Shown piece by piece: positions 36,082 to 40,097 of a DNA stretch of 40,097 nucleotides; position 1 is the first letter of the stretch; each line of letters opens with the position of its first letter. Source of the stretch: Minisyncoccota bacterium (GTDB lineage: Bacteria > Patescibacteriota > Minisyncoccia > 2-02-FULL-40-12 > GWA2-44-9); the NCBI GenBank assembly GCA_018062285.1, contig JAGOSO010000006.1:1-40097 (forward strand), written 5' to 3'. The notes beneath the pieces are model-generated. The model had not been told where the DNA came from, ran no database searches, and saw nothing but the letters and a program-made list of their open reading frames with translations. The position numbers and the translations under genes are program-made.

Positions 36082-37878
36082 ATGACTAATATTAGGAACT
36101 TCGTAATTATCGCTCATATTGACCACGGAAAATCGACTCTTGCCGATCGTTTTTTAGAATTGACCGCTACTGTCGAAAAAAGAAAGATGCATGAACAATA
36201 TTTGGATACCATGGATTTGGAACGAGAACGAGGTATCACAATTAAGCTCCAACCTGTGCGAATGCACTATAATTACAAGAGCGAAGATTATCAGTTAAAC
36301 CTGATTGATACTCCAGGGCACGTAGACTTTACCTATGAGGTTTCTCGATCGTTGGCGGCCGTTGAGGGGGCCATCTTGTTGGTAGATGCTTCTAAGGGTG
36401 TTCAAGCTCAAACATTGGCCAATTTGCATTTAGCTCAACAACAAAATTTAGTTATCGTGCCTGTTTTAAATAAGATAGATTTGCCTAATGCTAGAACCGT
36501 ACAAGTAAAAGAAGAGCTCTCTTATCTATTGGGGATAGAACCAGAAGAAATTTTAGAAATATCAGCCAAGAGTGGCATGGGTGTTGAGCAGGTTTTACAA
36601 AGGGTTATCGATAAGGTGCCTGCCCCGGCCATCACAGAACCTGATGCAGAAATAAAAGCTTTAATCTTTGATTCAACCTTCGACGTCTATAAAGGCGTTA
36701 TTGCTTATGTCCGTGTTTTTAGTGGTTCATTGAAACAGAATTTGCCGATTGCTGCTTTTGCTTCTCGGGCTAAGGCCGAAGTTTTAGAGGCTGGTTATTT
36801 TTCTCCCGGTTATGTGGAATCCAAATTATTAAACTCGGGCGAGATTGGTTATATTGCTACTGGTTTGAAAGATCCGGGATTTATTCGGGTTGGCGACACC
36901 ATTACGGTTCCTAAGATGTTGGAAAATAAAGATTTTCAATCTTTGGCCGGCTACAAAGAGCCTCGACCAATGGTTTTTGCTAGCTTCTTTCCTGTTGAGG
37001 GCGAAGCCTATGACATGCTTAAAGACGCTTTGTCTAAATTAAAATTGACTGATGCGTCTCTCGTTTATGAACCAGAGTCTTCTGCTGGCTTGGGTAGGGG
37101 ATTTCGTGTGGGATTTTTAGGTATGCTTCACGTTGAAATTATCTCTGAACGTTTACACCGTGAATTTAATTTAAACCTAATCATTTCCACCCCGTCAGTA
37201 GAGTATGGTGTGCAATTAAAAAACGGGGAAGAAATTCGTATTCGTTCCGCTGCAATGTTGCCTGACCCAACTCGAGTTGAAAGTGTTTCTGAACCAATCG
37301 TTGCCCTTGAGATTATAACCCCCGTCACGTTTCTTGGTGGAGTCATGGAGTTGGTTGCCACTTATCGCAATACCTATGTGGCTACTGAATATATAGGCAA
37401 AGAAACTGCGTTACTCAAATATGATATGCCTTTATCGGAAATCGTTACCGATTTCTATGATCGCTTAAAGAGTGTCTCTTCTGGATATGCCTCAATGAGC
37501 TATGAACCTAAGGGCATGCAGAAAGGGGATTTGATAAGACTAGATATTTTAATTGCTACTGATTTGGTTGAGCCATTTTCTCGTATTGTTCCTCGGGAGA
37601 AGGCTTATATCGAAGGTCGAGCCATGGTTTCAAAATTAAAAGGTTTGATCCCTCAGCAAATGTTCGAAGTTTCCGTTCAGGCCGCTATTGGCGGCAAGGT
37701 TATCGCCGCCGAATCAATTCGTGCTCATCGCAAAGATGTTACTCAGCACATGTATGGCGGGGACATCACTCGTCGTCAAAAACTTTGGAAGAAACAAAAA
37801 GAGGGTAAGGCCCGCATGAAAGAAACTGGTCGTGTAAATCTTTCTCAAGAGGTTTTCTTGAAAATGCTCAAGCGTTAG
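36082..37878 (+). CDS. lepA: Elongation factor 4 (LepA)
   Basis: IAHIDHGKSTL, RGITIK, DTPGHVDF, GFLGMLH, KKQKEGKARMK. Start 36082 preferred. Confidence 0.97.
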   Translation: MTNIRNFVIIAHIDHGKSTLADRFLELTATVEKRKMHEQYLDTMDLERERGITIKLQPVRMHYNYKSEDYQLNLIDTPGHVDFTYEVSRSLAAVEGAILLVDASKGVQAQTLANLHLAQQQNLVIVPVLNKIDLPNARTVQVKEELSYLLGIEPEEILEISAKSGMGVEQVLQRVIDKVPAPAITEPDAEIKALIFDSTFDVYKGVIAYVRVFSGSLKQNLPIAAFASRAKAEVLEAGYFSPGYVESKLLNSGEIGYIATGLKDPGFIRVGDTITVPKMLENKDFQSLAGYKEPRPMVFASFFPVEGEAYDMLKDALSKLKLTDASLVYEPESSAGLGRGFRVGFLGMLHVEIISERLHREFNLNLIISTPSVEYGVQLKNGEEIRIRSAAMLPDPTRVESVSEPIVALEIITPVTFLGGVMELVATYRNTYVATEYIGKETALLKYDMPLSEIVTDFYDRLKSVSSGYASMSYEPKGMQKGDLIRLDILIATDLVEPFSRIVPREKAYIEGRAMVSKLKGLIPQQMFEVSVQAAIGGKVIAAESIRAHRKDVTQHMYGGDITRRQKLWKKQKEGKARMKETGRVNLSQEVFLKMLKR

Positions 37879-37960
37879 TCTCACACCTTTCCTGAGGTTG
37901 TTTGCTGTTTAAAAATTGACTAGAGAGTGTTCCTGGTGATAGTATCGTTTCGAGGTGACC

Positions 37961-38278
37961 TTGGCTGTTATTGCCCCTTCTCGTAAGAAATTCAGTTTTG
38001 TTCAGAGTTCGGTGGCTGAGAGATCGGCGGAGATCCAGAAGCATATCGATAGGATTGTCGGCGAGGCATTTTCTGGTCTTCAGCGCCACGCTCGTTTCGC
38101 CCGAGTTGTCAGGTTTGCTTTTAGCCTGTCATTCTTTGTGGGTATCAACGACAAGGGTGCAATTGCTCATGCCGTTGAGGTGTATCGAGCTCTTGGTTGG
38201 ACCGTCGACTATTCCATCTCGGGTTCTAATTGTGAGATGAAGTTGAGGTCGAAAGTACTCAAATCTAACGGTGGCTAA
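37961..38278 (+). CDS. Hypothetical protein (about 105 aa)
   Basis: TTGACT-18-TAGTAT promoter, GAGGTG before TTG 37961 (GTG 37955 is an alternative start), terminator downstream. Confidence 0.6.
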   Translation: MAVIAPSRKKFSFVQSSVAERSAEIQKHIDRIVGEAFSGLQRHARFARVVRFAFSLSFFVGINDKGAIAHAVEVYRALGWTVDYSISGSNCEMKLRSKVLKSNGG

Positions 38279-38293
38279 TAGCCACCTTTTTTT
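38270..38293 (+). terminator. Terminator after ORF 37961
   Basis: ggtggct-aat-agccacc followed by T7. Confidence 0.75.
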
Positions 38294-38322
38294 ATACAGA
38301 AGGATTGGTTACAATGACTAGA

Positions 38323-38421
38323 CTAGAAGAGGGGGGCAACGAGAAGGCCGACCATACCCAAGATGACAATGACGGCGACAGTTGCCCAGAAGTATTTAAT
38401 AAAGCGATGGTTCATCCACAT
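38323..38421 (-). CDS. Unannotated single-TM microprotein MWMNHRFIKYFWATVAVIVILGMVGLLVAPLF (32 aa)
   Basis: Hand-translated. Basic N-terminus plus a hydrophobic helix of about 20 aa; TTTACG-17-TAGAAT (TG-extended) lies 8 nt upstream. Confidence 0.65.
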   Translation of the reverse strand: MWMNHRFIKYFWATVAVIVILGMVGLLVAPLF

Positions 38422-38437
38422 AGATTCACATTCTAGC

Positions 38438-38812
38438 ATGCCTATACTGCAACGTAAAATTTTAACCGCTGGATTGTTTTTGTTGGTTGTTTGGTTGGGT
38501 TATAGGAGTTGGCAGATTCATGGAAAAAAAATTGAGACAAACGTTCAGATTAAAGATCTGCAGTCTAGGGTTGTTGGTCTTGAGCGTAATAATCAATTTT
38601 TGGCCAGCTCTTCTGCCTACTTCGCTAGCGATGCCTATCTTGAAAGACAGGCACGTCTTAAGTTAAACTATAAACTCTCGGATGAGCATGTGGCGTTTGT
38701 CTATAAAGACAAGAGTGTTAAGGTTGCTTCGTCTTCAGTGGATTTTAAAAATAAGTTGGCCGAAATGCCAAACTGGAAGAAGTGGTGGTATTATTTGTTG
38801 GGCTATCAGTAA
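38438..38812 (+). CDS. Septum formation initiator family protein (FtsB/DivIC-like)
   Basis: Short N-terminus, one TM, coiled coil, YLERQARLKLNYK...E..V. Confidence 0.7.
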   Translation: MPILQRKILTAGLFLLVVWLGYRSWQIHGKKIETNVQIKDLQSRVVGLERNNQFLASSSAYFASDAYLERQARLKLNYKLSDEHVAFVYKDKSVKVASSSVDFKNKLAEMPNWKKWWYYLLGYQ

Positions 38813-38829
38813 AAATTTATAAAAATAAA

Positions 38830-38903
38830 GCGGAATTCGTACAGTGGTAATACGCGACCTTCCCAAGGTCGAGACACGGGTCCGATTCCCGTATTCCGCT
38901 CCA
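38830..38903 (+). tRNA. tRNA-Gly(CCC)
   Basis: GCGGAAT/ATTCCGC acceptor, loop TT-CCC-AA, U73, CCA; T-loop TCCGATT. Confidence 0.9.
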
Positions 38904-38947
38904 AAATTTACTAATCGTCTAAATCTGGTAGAATTCAAGCCAGACTT

Positions 38948-39023
38948 GCCACCTTAGCTCAGCTAGTAGAGCAACACTTTCGTAAAGTGGAGGTCCCCAG
39001 TGCAAATCTGGGAGGTGGCTCCA
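38948..39023 (+). tRNA. tRNA-Thr(CGT)
   Basis: GCCACCT/AGGTGGC acceptor, loop TT-CGT-AA, CCA; T-loop TGCAAAT. Confidence 0.88.
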
Positions 39024-39040
39024 GTTCCACCCCATAAAAC

Positions 39041-39613
39041 ATGATGTCATTTTTTAAGGATTGTATTCGAGCCTATCGACACAAAAGAATTCTTAAAATT
39101 ATTGATATCCCCCAAAGCGGGATAGTTTTAGATGTCTCTTGTTCAGATGGGGTCTTTTTAGATCGTTTACACCAAATATTGCCGGAGCTGAATTTATTTG
39201 GCGTAGATATTTCTGCTGAAGAAGTTGCGAAAGCAAAAATAAAGTTCCCCCTTATTGGGTTTACTCAGGGAGATGCGGGCCGATTAGATTTTGAAAGTAA
39301 TACTTTTGATATTGTTTTTTCAATAATGTCGCTGCATCACTACAAAGGCCCGATTCAATTTTTTGAAGATGTTTTTCGTGTTTTGAAAAATGATGGGGTT
39401 ATGTATCTTGTTGATCTTGTGCCTAAATATCGATGGATTCAAAAAATAAATAATTGGATGGGTTGTTCAGAGCCGTACCATTTTGAGAGGTATTATTCGC
39501 TAAATGATTTAGATGTAATATTAAAACCTTTGCGTTTTCTTGTCACTGAAGATAAAAGACTAACAATCTTTCCTAGGATAAGAGTCCTAAAAATAAAAAA
39601 GATTAGTTCCTAG
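39041..39613 (+). CDS. Class I SAM-dependent methyltransferase
   Basis: VLDVSCSDG (motif I), GVDIS, GDA..L.F..NTFDIV, SLHHY, RVLK.DG. Confidence 0.8.
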   Translation: MMSFFKDCIRAYRHKRILKIIDIPQSGIVLDVSCSDGVFLDRLHQILPELNLFGVDISAEEVAKAKIKFPLIGFTQGDAGRLDFESNTFDIVFSIMSLHHYKGPIQFFEDVFRVLKNDGVMYLVDLVPKYRWIQKINNWMGCSEPYHFERYYSLNDLDVILKPLRFLVTEDKRLTIFPRIRVLKIKKISS

Positions 39614-39645
39614 ATTACTAAAAAATAGAGGACAAATGAGTTGAT

Positions 39646-39700
39646 CCCGCATATAACAAACAACGACCACTTTCGTGGTCCTGGTTTTGCTATATGCGGG
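39646..39700. repeat. Long imperfect inverted repeat or hairpin
   Basis: cccgcatata/tatatgcggg outer stem and gaccac-tttc-gtggtc inner stem. Confidence 0.7.
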
Positions 39701-39735
39701 GTTGAAAAATCGTCTTAAGGCGGTATAATAAAAAG

Positions 39736-40097
39736 GTGTTAGAATACGAGAATAATAAGGCTCTTTTATATATCTATTCTGGGGCCGGTGGCGTAGATGC
39801 TCAAGATTGGGCGTCGATGCTGCTTACAATGTATCGCAAATACTCGGCCAATCAAGGCTGGGGTTTTTCTGTTTTGAGTCAGACTTTTGGCGAGAAGGAT
39901 GGCACAAAGAATGCTGTCGCCGAAATTTCTGGTCCAAATTGTTATGAAAAGATTCGCCGCGAATCAGGAGTGCATCGGTTGGTCCGTATCTCTCCATATT
40001 CGTCAAAGGATTTGCGACACACTTCGTTTGCACTAGTTGAATTCGTGCCCGAAGTTATCGCTAAGCATTTCCAAATAAATGTTAACGATTTGAGGGT
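39736..40097 (+). CDS. prfB: Peptide chain release factor 2-like protein lacking domain 1 (3' end outside window)
   Basis: Hand translation from GTG 39736: MLEYENNKALLYIYSGAGGVDAQDWASML...ESGVHRLVRISPY..RHTSFA. Open to the window end; in-frame TGA at 39703-39705 upstream. Confidence 0.85.
   Translation, partial: MLEYENNKALLYIYSGAGGVDAQDWASMLLTMYRKYSANQGWGFSVLSQTFGEKDGTKNAVAEISGPNCYEKIRRESGVHRLVRISPYSSKDLRHTSFALVEFVPEVIAKHFQINVNDLR

Noticed and set aside
38314-38436. 40-aa + strand ORF (MTRLEEGG...) and the 38363 start for the ftsB-like gene
   Set aside because: Both are antisense shadows of the hydrophobic minus-strand microprotein, which has the promoter and a protein-like composition.
14538-39700. 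Integrated mobile elements at tRNA-Leu, -Gly or -Thr; CRISPR arrays; inteins or introns
   Set aside because: No integrase, transposase, duplicated tRNA 3' end, repeat-spacer array or intein motif was seen.
39694-39735. UGA readthrough (ATG CGG GGT TGA AAA...) or +1 frameshift producing a longer RF2
   Set aside because: It would add only about 14 non-homologous residues, there is no CTT-TGA-C or internal SD, and the same bases form a good promoter.
130-40033. Numerous 60-120 aa ORFs antisense or out of frame to identified genes (e.g. 1260-1526, 9185-9484, 28573-28944, 39824-40033)
   Set aside because: They lie wholly within well-supported genes and show no motifs or expression signals.

Overview
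Chromosomal 40-kb window from a streamlined bacterium using genetic code 11. Gene content, CPR-style gene order and truncated protein architectures point to Patescibacteria/CPR, probably Parcubacteria (inference). It holds core information-processing genes (gyrB 3' end, secE-nusG-rplK with no rplA behind it, gatB, miaA, thrS, dnaE, rpmF-nusB-rnc-rpsP, tsaC, parAB, dprA-topA, lepA, 5' part of a prfB-like gene), RNase P RNA and three tRNAs (Leu-CAA, Gly-CCC, Thr-CGT). A GT2-galT-dedA-tpi-pgk-DHH-rnhA operon and a glycan locus (phosphoglycosyl transferase, two GT4, DUF4012, short MurJ) follow, and several single-gene islets are scattered between core genes. No CRISPR, integrase or transposase was seen. 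Best leads: (1) a complete Thr-leader-peptide transcription attenuator upstream of thrS, missed by the ORF track; (2) an RF2 lacking domain 1 in the same genome as an L11 that has lost its proline-switch motif; (3) LCP-like motifs in DUF4012, suggesting it is the glycan-attaching enzyme of the locus; (4) a HopA1/phosphothreonine-lyase-like protein beside tRNA-Leu; (5) two translation-initiation regimes, with leaderless/near-leaderless core genes and Shine-Dalgarno-led islet genes; (6) an A/B-mosaic RNase P RNA and tRNAs with non-U55 elbows. All family calls were made by eye; no database search was run.
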